Shown here piece by piece: positions 9,658 to 19,086 of a stretch of DNA of 64,000 nt. How positions within the stretch are numbered: the stretch's first letter is position 1; each line of letters opens with the position of its first letter. A program made the translations under genes and the position numbers. The notes under the pieces are model-generated. The model was not told the DNA's origin and did no database searches. It saw only the letters and a list, made by a program, of their open reading frames with translations. Source of the DNA: an uncultured delta proteobacterium (lineage in GTDB: Bacteria > Desulfobacterota > Desulfobulbia > Desulfobulbales > Desulfocapsaceae). Location of the stretch: assembly GCA_963728385.1 (NCBI GenBank), contig CAVSJK010000002.1, positions 1,224,960 through 1,288,959 on the forward strand, given 5' to 3'.

Positions 9658-9816
9658 AAGATGTACTCGTAAAAAAACTTAAATTTCAGATGGCTAAGTA
9701 AAAAGATTTATATGCGATGCGCGATATTAATAAATTATTTCGGAACATTAAGTAACATCCTGATGAATGCAAATTACAGCACCGAAGCTGATGAAGAGTT
9801 TTTACGACGCCATCAA
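9658..9816. repeat. Family-2 MITE-like element
   Basis: aagatgtaCTCGTAAAAAaacttaaatttcagatggctaagtaaaaag ... gagTTTTTACGACgccatcaa, between rpoH and the DegT gene. Confidence 0.75.
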
Positions 9817-9850
9817 TAAAAACGAACCCCACTTTGGGCGCGGCAATTAT

Positions 9851-10873
9851 TTATGAGGAGGAAGAATCGATAACTATCTTCTCACCATCGAAGTAATCTA
9901 CTATATCAGGCATTTCAGCCTCCAGATATTTCTTCATTTTCTTTAGTAGGTTGACTTCAATCTGGCGGACGCGTTCTCTGGAGATATCAAACCGGTCGGC
10001 TATATTCTGTAAAGTCAACGGTTCATCCGTTAACAACCGTTTTTCAAGGATCATTTTTTCCTTGTCATTCAGTTTAACCTTCAAGGTATCCAGAAGGTCC
10101 GCCAATTTTACTTTAATCTCCTTGCCGGCAACCGTTGACTCAATACCAGGTCCGTTACTAGGAATGAAATTCTTCTGTTCATCTTCGGAATCTGAACGAA
10201 CCGGGCTCTCCAAGGAAACATCCCAGTTATCCATTCGCTGTCCCATTTCAACTACTTCTCGCTCTTTGACATTGAGACGTTCCGCAAGTAACTTGGGTTC
10301 AGCCTGAAATCCTTGCCCTTCAAGAAGTTTTCGTTCCTTATTGAGACTGAAAAACAGTTTTCGCTGCGCCTGGGTGGTTCCGATTTTCACCAGACGCCAG
10401 TTGTCCATGATAAATTTCAGAACATAAGCCCTGATCCAATAGGCTGCGTAATATGAAAATTTTACGCCCCTATACGGATCGAATTTTTTGGTTGCCTGTA
10501 CCAGCCCGACATTTCCTTCCTGAATGAGATCCATAAAGTTCTGCATCCAGTACTTCTGGAAATCCATAGCTACTTTTACAACCAGACGGAGATTGGAACT
10601 TACCAGCCGGTAGGCGGCATCCTGATCACCTTCCTCTCGGAACCGCACAGCCAGTTCATCAGTTTCTTCTCTGGTCAGAAGCTCATATTGGCTGATTTCC
10701 TGAAGATAGCGATGGAGTGCCGGATTACTGAGGGCAGGTAAATGCTCCTCGTCTGATACTGAAACCAAAGGATTCTCGTAAACCTCATCAATTCCCCTAG
10801 TCTTAGAATCAAGGTCATTATCTTCCATGGAATCTATGTTATTGTCAGAGTCGATTGTAGTGTTTTTGCTCAT
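9851..10873 (-). CDS. rpoH: RNA polymerase sigma-32 (RpoH-type) factor with acidic N-terminal extension
   Basis: Sigma-70 regions 2-4. RpoH-box-like QAQRKLFFSLNKERK. FSYYAAYWIRAYV. C-terminal HTH TLQNIADRFDISRERVRQIE. Confidence 0.85.
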   Translation of the reverse strand: MSKNTTIDSDNNIDSMEDNDLDSKTRGIDEVYENPLVSVSDEEHLPALSNPALHRYLQEISQYELLTREETDELAVRFREEGDQDAAYRLVSSNLRLVVKVAMDFQKYWMQNFMDLIQEGNVGLVQATKKFDPYRGVKFSYYAAYWIRAYVLKFIMDNWRLVKIGTTQAQRKLFFSLNKERKLLEGQGFQAEPKLLAERLNVKEREVVEMGQRMDNWDVSLESPVRSDSEDEQKNFIPSNGPGIESTVAGKEIKVKLADLLDTLKVKLNDKEKMILEKRLLTDEPLTLQNIADRFDISRERVRQIEVNLLKKMKKYLEAEMPDIVDYFDGEKIVIDSSSS

Positions 10874-11137
10874 TTATCTCTCGCTCCGGAATATATGCTC
10901 AGAAAATTCAGAAAGACTATGATTTTACTCTACCAGGATTAAAGTGCAATCATATTGTACCCAACATAGGGCAAAGTCGTTTGCCTTCTATCTATTATTT
11001 TACTCCATATTGGACGCAACAAGTACAAAATTATATTTTATTAGTTTGCAGGATATGCTAAATAGATGGTCCTCGGGTACAAATTCCGTGTCACTGCAAG
11101 TAATCTGGTTTATCTCGGTCCACCTCAATACAATAAT

Positions 11138-12931
11138 ATGAATAACATAAGAAACTTCAGTATAATCGCACATATTGACCATGGCAAATCGACTCTAGCC
11201 GACCGTATGATCCAATTTTGTAATCTCGTCAGTGCCAGAGAGTTCAAGGACCAGCTCCTCGATAACATGGAAATAGAGAGAGAGAGGGGGATCACCATCA
11301 AAAGTCAGACCATATGTCTGCCTTATACCGCTAAAGACGGAAAACAATACCAGCTGAATCTTGTCGACACCCCAGGTCATGTCGATTTCAGTTATGAAGT
11401 ATCAAGAGCCCTCAGTTCCTGCGAGGGAGCACTGCTTCTCATCGATGCCGCACAGGGAGTGGAAGCCCAGACTCTGGCCAATCTTTACCTGGCAATGGAA
11501 AACGATCTTGAAATCATTCCTGTTATCAATAAAATCGATCTTCCTTCAGCAGAACCTGAACGAGTCGCGCTGCAGATAGAAGAAGACCTTGGTCTTGACA
11601 GCAACCTGGTCCAGTTCTGTTCAGCCAAGAACGGTATCGGTATTGAGGAAATCTTTGAAGCTGTCGTCAAGACGGTCCCCCCTCCGAAGGGTGATCCTGC
11701 GCAACCTTTACAAGCCTTGATTTTTGACGCGAATTACGATCCCTTTCGCGGGACGATTATCTCGGTCAGGATTATAAACGGCACGATAAAACATGGCGAT
11801 ATTATGCGCTTTATGGCCAACGGAAAGGAATACAAAGTGGACGAGGTCGGCCTTTTCAAATTAAACCGTGAACCGCAAAAACAACTCTCCGCGGGGCAGG
11901 TAGGTTACATTCTTGCCGGCATAAAAACCGTCGAAGATACACGGCCCGGCGATACCATTACCTTAAATGATCGACCTGCGGAGTCACCGCTTCCGGGCTT
12001 CAGAGAAGTACAGCAAGTGGTATTTTCATCGATTTATCCTATCAACACCGATGAATACGAAGATCTGGCCGCAGCGCTTGAAAAACTCAAGCTAAACGAC
12101 GCTGCGCTCACTTTTGAAAAAGATTCATCCGCGGCGCTGGGTTTCGGTTTCAGATGCGGCTTCCTTGGGCTCCTGCATCTCGAGGTAATCCAGGAGCGTC
12201 TCGAACGTGAATTTGACATTTCCCTCATTCTGACCGTCCCCTCTGTACAATACATCTTTCACCTCACCGACGGCACGATCAGTCATGTTGACAATCCTGC
12301 ACATTTTCCGAATCCCGCCCACATCCAGAAAATAGAAGAACCCTATATCAAGGCGACCATCTTAATGCCCGAAAAATATATGGGTGTGGTAATGAATCTT
12401 TGTATGGAGCGCCGGGGTGAAAAAACCACTTTTCACTACCCTACTCCCGGCAGAATCGAGTTGCAATGTGAGCTTCCCCTCGCAGAAGTCATTTACGATT
12501 TTTATGACCGATTGAAATCGGTGACCCAGGGCTATGGTTCCTTTGATTATGAGATGCTCGATTACCGAAAAAGTGATCTGGTCAAACTCGACATCCTGGT
12601 AAATGGTGAAATAGTCGATGCGTTATCTCAGCTGGTTCATCGAAGCAATTCCAGGGCCAGAGGTCTCCATGCCTGTGAGATGCTCAAACTGGAAATCCCC
12701 AGACAAATGTTTAAAATTGCTATACAGGCAGCTATAGGTGGTACTGTTATCGCCAGAACCACCATATCGGCTCTAAGAAAAGATGTAACTGCCAAGTGTT
12801 ATGGCGGTGATATTTCCAGGAAGCGAAAACTGCTTGAAAAACAAAAGGCAGGCAAGAAACGGATGAAAACCGTCGGTAATGTCGACATTCCACAGACGGC
12901 TTTTCTGGCTGTACTGAAATCGGAACAATAA
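11138..12931 (+). CDS. lepA: Translation elongation factor 4 (LepA)
   Basis: NFSIIAHIDHGKSTLADR, DTPGHVDF, NKIDL, and the conserved LepA C-terminus. Start moved from track 11066 to ATG 11138 (MNNIRNF). Confidence 0.95.
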   Translation: MNNIRNFSIIAHIDHGKSTLADRMIQFCNLVSAREFKDQLLDNMEIERERGITIKSQTICLPYTAKDGKQYQLNLVDTPGHVDFSYEVSRALSSCEGALLLIDAAQGVEAQTLANLYLAMENDLEIIPVINKIDLPSAEPERVALQIEEDLGLDSNLVQFCSAKNGIGIEEIFEAVVKTVPPPKGDPAQPLQALIFDANYDPFRGTIISVRIINGTIKHGDIMRFMANGKEYKVDEVGLFKLNREPQKQLSAGQVGYILAGIKTVEDTRPGDTITLNDRPAESPLPGFREVQQVVFSSIYPINTDEYEDLAAALEKLKLNDAALTFEKDSSAALGFGFRCGFLGLLHLEVIQERLEREFDISLILTVPSVQYIFHLTDGTISHVDNPAHFPNPAHIQKIEEPYIKATILMPEKYMGVVMNLCMERRGEKTTFHYPTPGRIELQCELPLAEVIYDFYDRLKSVTQGYGSFDYEMLDYRKSDLVKLDILVNGEIVDALSQLVHRSNSRARGLHACEMLKLEIPRQMFKIAIQAAIGGTVIARTTISALRKDVTAKCYGGDISRKRKLLEKQKAGKKRMKTVGNVDIPQTAFLAVLKSEQ

Positions 12932-12967
12932 TCTGGTAACCGTTCACTATCATTCCAGGAGGGGATA

Positions 12968-13567
12968 ATGAATTCAAAGATTTCCATATTCCCTAAGTTT
13001 TTTATATACTTAAGGTTATTTATAATTCTCCTAGGGATGACCGGTATACTGACGGCCTGTGCTTCCGTGGACGTCAGTCAGGATTACGTCAAGGATTTTC
13101 GATTTGCTTCAGCAACCACCTTTAACTGGAATGAGAAGCTGCAATCCGAAAACAATACCCGTTACCAGATCGATGAGTTAATGGCAAAACGCTTCAGAAG
13201 GGCTATAAACGAAGTTTTAACCAAAAAAGGTTTAAGACAGACGCCGCAACCTGAATTACTGATAACGTATACCTACACAATAACCAATAAGCTACAGGTC
13301 GATGATTTCAATCCAAATTTTGGTTTTGGTTATGGCTGGTACGGCCGCCGGTATGGCGGAATCGGAATTGATACGGGTAATGTAGTTCAACAATACGATC
13401 AGGGAAAACTGGAGATCTACATGCACTCGGCCAAAACCGGTGAACTGCTCTGGAAAGGAACCGGCACCCGAGAGGTATTCACCCACAGCAGTCCGGATGA
13501 GATTACCCGTAGAGTCAACGAAATGGTTGAGGCGATACTTGCTCAGTTTCCTCCTGCCGGTCCCTGA
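12968..13567 (+). CDS. Lipoprotein, DUF4136-like
   Basis: Signal peptide with lipobox LTAC. GGAGGGG RBS. Family assignment is from memory of DUF4136 lipoproteins. Confidence 0.65.
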   Translation: MNSKISIFPKFFIYLRLFIILLGMTGILTACASVDVSQDYVKDFRFASATTFNWNEKLQSENNTRYQIDELMAKRFRRAINEVLTKKGLRQTPQPELLITYTYTITNKLQVDDFNPNFGFGYGWYGRRYGGIGIDTGNVVQQYDQGKLEIYMHSAKTGELLWKGTGTREVFTHSSPDEITRRVNEMVEAILAQFPPAGP

Positions 13568-13656
13568 TCCGAGGAAATTGTCTTCCCACTTACTGTTTTT
13601 TTCTTTGTTCACACGCGCCGGACACCAGTTGGATTTCACTACGAAGAACACGAAGG

Positions 13657-13850
13657 ATGGAATTTGATGCGTTGGCGAAACGGCTGATTGGCTGCGGCAT
13701 CAAGGACCATGGTGAGCTTGGGCCTGGCCTGCTCGAATCGACGTATGAACAGTGCCTGGCGCTGGCGCAGGAACTCAAGCTGAACGGCATTGGATTCCGG
13801 CTTCAGCAGTCGCAGTCAGTGGAATACAAGGGCAGATGCACCGGACGCTC
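13657..13850 (+). pseudogene. Truncated GxxExxY-family (PD-(D/E)XK-like) gene fragment
   Basis: LIGCGIKDHGELGPGLLESTYEQCLALAQELKLNGIGF...VEYKG matches the N-terminal half of the GxxExxY family. Similarity is lost at the repeat at 13838-13874. The rest of track ORF 13657..13980 is antisense read-through of the DMT gene. Visibly more GC-rich than its surroundings. Confidence 0.55.
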
Positions 13851-13874
13851 GTTCCTCGCGCCGGTGATCCTTTG
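13838..13874. repeat. Family-4 repeat (inverted partner at 39986-40022)
   Basis: gcaccggacgctcgttcctcgcgccggtgatcctttg is the reverse complement, with a few mismatches, of caaaggatcaccggcgcgacgaacaagagtccggtgc. Confidence 0.7.
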
Positions 13875-13911
13875 CATTGTGCAGCACGCAATGTTTGATC
13901 GGGAAGAAATT

Positions 13912-14793
13912 TCAGGAGGATTTGCTGAGAGATTGAATTATCAGTCCGCCCATAACCAACACCAGTCCAATCAGTGTTGAAGTATAGATCTCCTCGCCCA
14001 CCAGAAAGTGAATGAAAACCAGGGAAGCAAAAGGTGCTATAAAGATTAAATTGGCGATTCGAGCTGTGTTGTCAGTATATTTCATTGCTTTCAACCAAAG
14101 AACAAAAGACACTCCCATCTCAAAAAAGCCGATATAGATTCCCCCTAAAACTCCGCCATAACTGACAGGGCGAAACCCTTCCGTATAAAAAACGTACAAA
14201 ACGATAAAAGGCAGTGCACAGATAAAATTGAGAAAAAGCCCGAAAATAGGATCGCGCTTATCCCTGGTATTCAATATCCAGTAAAGCGACCAGAGTACAG
14301 TTGAGAAAAGTGCCAGTCCAACTCCGAGTGGATTTTCAAAATGAAGGGTCAATAGATCCCCTTTCGTAGCTATAACTAAAACTCCGACGTAGCTTAATCC
14401 GATTGCCAGCCATTGTCTCGCCCCTACCCTCTGACCAAGCAGAGGAATAGAGAGCAGGGAGAGAGTAATTGCCCAGGTATAATTGATAATTTGTGCCTGT
14501 TGGGCAGGCAGGAGATCATAGGCTTTAAAAAGGACTAAATAATATGCCAGGGGATTCAACAAGCCAAAGCCAAGTGAGGTGATCCATTCCCTTCTTGATA
14601 GTGTCTTGAGTTTATGAATTTTTTTTTGAAAAACGACAATAAACAGAAGTACGAAGGTGGAAACCGTTGAGGCGTATAACAGCACTTCCGCCGGGGAGAG
14701 CCGGCTGAGAGTGAGCTTACTGGCGCTGGCGATAGTTGACCACAGACCGACTGTAATTAAGGCATAGCAATAGGCTTTTGTCTGATTTTTCAT
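13912..14793 (-). CDS. DMT superfamily (EamA-like) transporter
   Basis: 293 aa, about 10 hydrophobic helices, two-repeat EamA organisation. Confidence 0.85.
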   Translation of the reverse strand: MKNQTKAYCYALITVGLWSTIASASKLTLSRLSPAEVLLYASTVSTFVLLFIVVFQKKIHKLKTLSRREWITSLGFGLLNPLAYYLVLFKAYDLLPAQQAQIINYTWAITLSLLSIPLLGQRVGARQWLAIGLSYVGVLVIATKGDLLTLHFENPLGVGLALFSTVLWSLYWILNTRDKRDPIFGLFLNFICALPFIVLYVFYTEGFRPVSYGGVLGGIYIGFFEMGVSFVLWLKAMKYTDNTARIANLIFIAPFASLVFIHFLVGEEIYTSTLIGLVLVMGGLIIQSLSKSS

Positions 14794-15056
14794 CGTCGCA
14801 TAGTACGTCCCGGCAAGACAAAAGTAAATAATTATCGATTGTTACTCCGATTGTTCCAGTAAATGTAATCACGGGGGATCACCGGCATGTTCAGGCATCA
14901 TCTCCGAGAGTTCCTGATGATAGGCCTGCTCCTTCCCATGGCCAATCTGGAAAAAAATTTTTATGATATGAATGTAATATGATATCCTTAAAGAGATTCT
15001 TTAAAAAATAATTTCAAAATTACCATTTATCTCATTGGTATTAAGAACAGGAATTC

Positions 15057-16802
15057 ATGATGAATGACAAATCAGTCGAGCAACCTAGGAAAACACTGGA
15101 GCCTACCTATCATTATTCTTCGCAGCTCATTAAGATCGGGGAAGACGAATCAAACGATGCTATTACCGTTTCAGAGCTCGTGCGAGCAGGACAGCTTCTT
15201 GCCGATTTTCCCAATTTCCATAGGTTTGCAGCCAAAGGATTTGTCAAGGCAGCTATCGAAGCGGGTGATTATGCTCACTTTTCAGAGGACGAAACATCAA
15301 TTCTCGCAACGGTAACGGGCTATCCTAAAATTAAGAAGATTCGTCGACCGGATTGCCCCGACTGGATCACCGTACTCTCCGTCGAGCCACTCTTCATAAT
15401 CGCCCCGGATAAAATGAAGGTGACGATCGCAGTACACCCTGCTCTCGAAGACGGCCACTCCCTGCAGAAGGAAGATATGGAAGCGTTACTCGCCGAAGAA
15501 GGGATTGTTTTCGGTATAGATTATGACTCCCTGGATAAAGTGAAGAATTTCATTTGCCGGGATGAAAAAGAGTTCAGAAAGTTTGTTATTGCCTATGGAC
15601 GACCTGTCGGACAGAGTCAGGATGCGTATCTGCGATATGAAATGGAAATTGGACCTATCGCCGGTACTCTTCTCGAAAACGGCAGTATAGATTTCCGGGA
15701 TAGACGTATAATGGTTGGAGTGAATGCCGGACAATGTATTGCCTTTAAAATTCCCGCCGTACAAGGTGAACCCGGAATAAATGTATATGGAGAGCAAGCT
15801 CCGGCGCCTGAGGGGCAGGATCTCAAGATCGAGGTTCAAAACGATGCACGTTTCTCCCCGGAAACGCTGCAGGTAACCGCGACCAAGGACGGCGTACTTT
15901 CCGTTATTAATAATAAAATTATAAAAGTTCTCTCACATAAAACCATTAGCGGTGATGTTGATTTTGAAACCGGCAATGTTGAGAGCATGAATGCCATAAC
16001 CATTCTGGGTTCCATCCAGCCGGGCTTTCGTGTCATGGCCGGCGGTGATCTGAAAATAACCGGAAGCGTCATGTCAGCCTCGGCCGCATGTGACGGAAAT
16101 CTGGTGGTTAGAGGCGGCACTACCGGGAAAAACAGCATGCTTCAGCCAAAAGGTGATGCCGATATCAATTTTATTGAGCAGGGTTCTTTGAAATGCGGCG
16201 GGATTGTCGTCATTCGTAAGCAAGCATACTATAGTGATATTTTCGCCTGCTCAGACATCCGCTGCCAAGAATCAAGCATAGTCATGGGAAGCAGGCTTAT
16301 AGCCGAAGGGAGCATAACTCTCGGCAATGTAGGTTCGGAAAACAGTAATCCCTCGCTTATTGCCGCAGGCACGATCGCTGATCGTCTGGAACAGTTACAA
16401 CAGCTTAAGGACAGCGTGGTTCAACAACAGGAAGCAATAATTCAGTGGCTGCAGCGATATCGGGGAAGCTCCAAATCCAAAAAAGTCCGGCAGATGGAAC
16501 AGCAGCTTGCAGAAACGAAACTCCTGCTTCTACGTGTCAACCTGATACCAGGTACCGGTATATATTCAAGAGTTGCCGGTCCGGATGAAGGGACGCTGAG
16601 CGATACGGTAAACGAAGACTACAAGAGTGATGGAGCTATTGCCATTAAAGATATTTCAATTGATGTTATCGGCAATATCTTCGCCGGTACTATAATACGT
16701 ATCGGCAACCATTCTATGAAAATAGAAAAAACGGTTTCTAAACGGCAATTTAAACTTCATCCCAGTGGGAAGAGGATAGTCGTCGGACCAATGAAACGTT
16801 AA
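15057..16802 (+). CDS. FapA/DUF342 family protein
   Basis: 581 aa. Central repetitive G-x-I/V beta-helix-like segment (ITGSVMSASAACDGNLVVRGG...) followed by a coiled-coil (LEQLQQLKDSVVQQQEAIIQWL), as in DUF342. Confidence 0.7.
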   Translation: MMNDKSVEQPRKTLEPTYHYSSQLIKIGEDESNDAITVSELVRAGQLLADFPNFHRFAAKGFVKAAIEAGDYAHFSEDETSILATVTGYPKIKKIRRPDCPDWITVLSVEPLFIIAPDKMKVTIAVHPALEDGHSLQKEDMEALLAEEGIVFGIDYDSLDKVKNFICRDEKEFRKFVIAYGRPVGQSQDAYLRYEMEIGPIAGTLLENGSIDFRDRRIMVGVNAGQCIAFKIPAVQGEPGINVYGEQAPAPEGQDLKIEVQNDARFSPETLQVTATKDGVLSVINNKIIKVLSHKTISGDVDFETGNVESMNAITILGSIQPGFRVMAGGDLKITGSVMSASAACDGNLVVRGGTTGKNSMLQPKGDADINFIEQGSLKCGGIVVIRKQAYYSDIFACSDIRCQESSIVMGSRLIAEGSITLGNVGSENSNPSLIAAGTIADRLEQLQQLKDSVVQQQEAIIQWLQRYRGSSKSKKVRQMEQQLAETKLLLLRVNLIPGTGIYSRVAGPDEGTLSDTVNEDYKSDGAIAIKDISIDVIGNIFAGTIIRIGNHSMKIEKTVSKRQFKLHPSGKRIVVGPMKR

Positions 16803-16888
16803 GTCCCCTTATAAAAGGTATCGCAAAACACATTATGCCTGCGACTATCATGACCGGAAAAGAGTGAACAAGTTGGAGTTGCCCCTTC

Positions 16889-17554
16889 TCACACCTTTTC
16901 AAGTAACCCCTGTTTGTCAAGTAATCGGATATTCTTGCCGTTTACCTGAATAAGGCCTTCTTCGCTCATCTTGGCAAAAATTCGGGACAAGGTTTCAGGA
17001 ATTGTCCCAAGCAGGCTTGCAAGTTGCCCTTTGGAAATATCAAGTTCCACATCTTCACGATCCCCTTGTTCATGGCTCAGGTAAATCAGGTAGCCGGCGA
17101 GGCGTGCCGGAACCTCCTTCAAGGACAGATTTTCAATCTGACTGGCAAATCTTCGTAATCTTTGCGACAGCACGGCAAGCATATTCAGGGCGATGGCCGG
17201 GTTGGCTTCGACCAGATGAACAAATTTATCACGCGGGAAAAATAGAGTTTTGGTCTTAACCAAGGTTTCAGCAGTTGCAGGAAAAGGCTGACCATGAAAC
17301 ACAGGTACCTCGCCAAAAGGTTCTCCCTGACCGAAAATATGCAGGATATGTTCTTTTCCCGCAAAAGAGACCTTAAATATTTTCACCCTGCCTTCACCGA
17401 CCATATAAAAACCTATACCTTTGTCCCCTTCAAAAAAGATATTTTCCCCTCTTTCAAAGGTCTTTTCAACGGCGATGTCGGCAAGATCTTCAACTTGCTT
17501 TGCAGGAAGACCCTCGAAGAATAGACTTGAACCGATAATTTCTTTCTTATTCAT
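16889..17554 (-). CDS. Crp/Fnr family transcriptional regulator
   Basis: N-terminal cNMP-binding barrel (FFEGDKGIGFYMVGEGRVKI) and C-terminal HTH (SKGQLASLLGTIPETLSRIFAKM). No FNR-type N-terminal Cys cluster. Confidence 0.88.
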   Translation of the reverse strand: MNKKEIIGSSLFFEGLPAKQVEDLADIAVEKTFERGENIFFEGDKGIGFYMVGEGRVKIFKVSFAGKEHILHIFGQGEPFGEVPVFHGQPFPATAETLVKTKTLFFPRDKFVHLVEANPAIALNMLAVLSQRLRRFASQIENLSLKEVPARLAGYLIYLSHEQGDREDVELDISKGQLASLLGTIPETLSRIFAKMSEEGLIQVNGKNIRLLDKQGLLEKV

Positions 17555-17598
17555 ATGTTCTTAAATATTGTTTTAAAGATAACGGTATTGTTTCCATC

Positions 17599-17726
17599 GT
17601 AACAGTTCACCAGTGCCTAGGAAAGCGCCTAAGCAGGTCGACGAGCAATGTAGGGGCGGGTTCTCAACCCGCCTTCTATGCACGGCGGTCTGTCGTGCGC
17701 ATATGGGCTGCTGGTGAATGTTTCAC
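17599..17726. repeat. Family-1 mosaic repeat, ~125-bp hairpin module
   Basis: GTAACAGTTCACC...gcaatgtaGGGGCGGGTTctcAACCCGCCttctatgcacgg...GGTGAATGTTTCAC. Inverted 13-mer ends and a central GC hairpin. Confidence 0.8.
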
Positions 17727-17912
17727 GTTTCCATCAACCCATCATAACGGCAACAGAGAAAGTTTTTCTCGCAAAGTACTCATTCTGTGTATCTGAATAA
17801 TGGTGTAATATATACTTGCTCGCAATACAAATTCGAAAAATTCAATAATCAGGCGCAAACGAACTTCTCAAACCCCCTTGATTTTGCAAAATGATTCTCG
17901 GCCGATAATCGT

Positions 17913-19004
17913 ATGTATAGTAAGCGGAAAATTGTCCATATCGATATGGACGCCTTTTTTGCATCAATTGAGCAGAAAGATACACCCGCCTTCAGAGGTA
18001 AACCATTAATCGTGGGAGGCAAGCCGCAGAGCAGAGGTGTCGTGGCCGCCTGTTCCTATGAAGCTCGTCGTTTCGGCATCCACTCTGCCATGCCCTGCTC
18101 CCAGGCTGCACGACTTTGCCCGCAGGCTATTTTCACCAAGCCACGGCTGGATAGATACCGCGAGATCTCATCTCAGGTTATGGCGATTTTTCACCGTTAT
18201 ACACAACTCGTGGAACCACTATCGCTCGATGAAGCTTTTCTTGATGTAACGACAAACAATCAAAATCATCCATCCGCCACAATTCTTGCGGAGAAGATTC
18301 GCAGCCGAATATATCAGGAATTACAGCTCACCGCATCCGCAGGAGTCTCCTTCAATAAATTTTTAGCCAAGGTTGCCTCGGATTTCAGGAAACCTGACGG
18401 ATTGACCACCATACCGCCGGAGAAAGCTCTCGACTTTCTCTCTTCTCTTCCTATTCGAAAATTTTTCGGAGTCGGCAGAGTAACGGAGAAGAAGATGTTA
18501 AATCTTGGGATTAAAAATGGGTATGACCTTCGTCAACTGGATGAAGAAAAGCTTATCTTTCATTTTGGAAAAATTGGCTCGTTTCTCTTTAACATCGTTC
18601 GCGGTATTGATGACAGGCCTGTCGAACCAACCCGGGAACGAAAATCGATCGGCAGCGAAACCACACTCTCCTATGATACGGATGACAGGAATGAAATATC
18701 TGCAATTCTAGCAGATCTAGCTGAGCAGGTTGAACAATCCCTCCATAAAAAACAAATCGGCGGATACACTCTCACCCTCAAGGTCCGGTACCGTGATTTC
18801 ACCACAATCACTCGATCTCAAACAGTGCGGACACCCATCTATTCCAGGCATGGCATTCTTTCTCTACTTCCAGGATTGCTGGCCACAACAAACGCAGGCA
18901 GTCAAAAGGTTCGTCTGCTTGGCCTTTCCATTTCTAAACTTACCTGGGATAAACAGACTCCGAAACAACTCCTTCTGCCATTTATGCAACAAGACCTGTC
19001 CTAA
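17913..19004 (+). CDS. dinB: DNA polymerase IV
   Basis: IVHIDMDAFFASIEQ, SLDEAFLDVT, and Y-family palm, thumb and little-finger order. Confidence 0.93.
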   Translation: MYSKRKIVHIDMDAFFASIEQKDTPAFRGKPLIVGGKPQSRGVVAACSYEARRFGIHSAMPCSQAARLCPQAIFTKPRLDRYREISSQVMAIFHRYTQLVEPLSLDEAFLDVTTNNQNHPSATILAEKIRSRIYQELQLTASAGVSFNKFLAKVASDFRKPDGLTTIPPEKALDFLSSLPIRKFFGVGRVTEKKMLNLGIKNGYDLRQLDEEKLIFHFGKIGSFLFNIVRGIDDRPVEPTRERKSIGSETTLSYDTDDRNEISAILADLAEQVEQSLHKKQIGGYTLTLKVRYRDFTTITRSQTVRTPIYSRHGILSLLPGLLATTNAGSQKVRLLGLSISKLTWDKQTPKQLLLPFMQQDLS

Positions 19005-19086
19005 TATGTTGTACTTATGAATCGATATGCTTATCCTATCAAAAAAAAATCCTATCCATTACTAATAAAAGAGAGTCACATTTACT

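Noticed and set aside
13292-13790. ORFs 13292..13651 (-), 13440..13667 (+) and 13590..13790 (-)
   Set aside because: They overlap the DUF4136 lipoprotein gene or the GxxExxY remnant in other frames and have no independent support.
17740-17912. LexA/SOS box upstream of dinB
   Set aside because: I looked for CTGT-N8-ACAG-type and other palindromes. Only a half-site-like CTGTGTATCTGAATAA is present, which is not a convincing operator.
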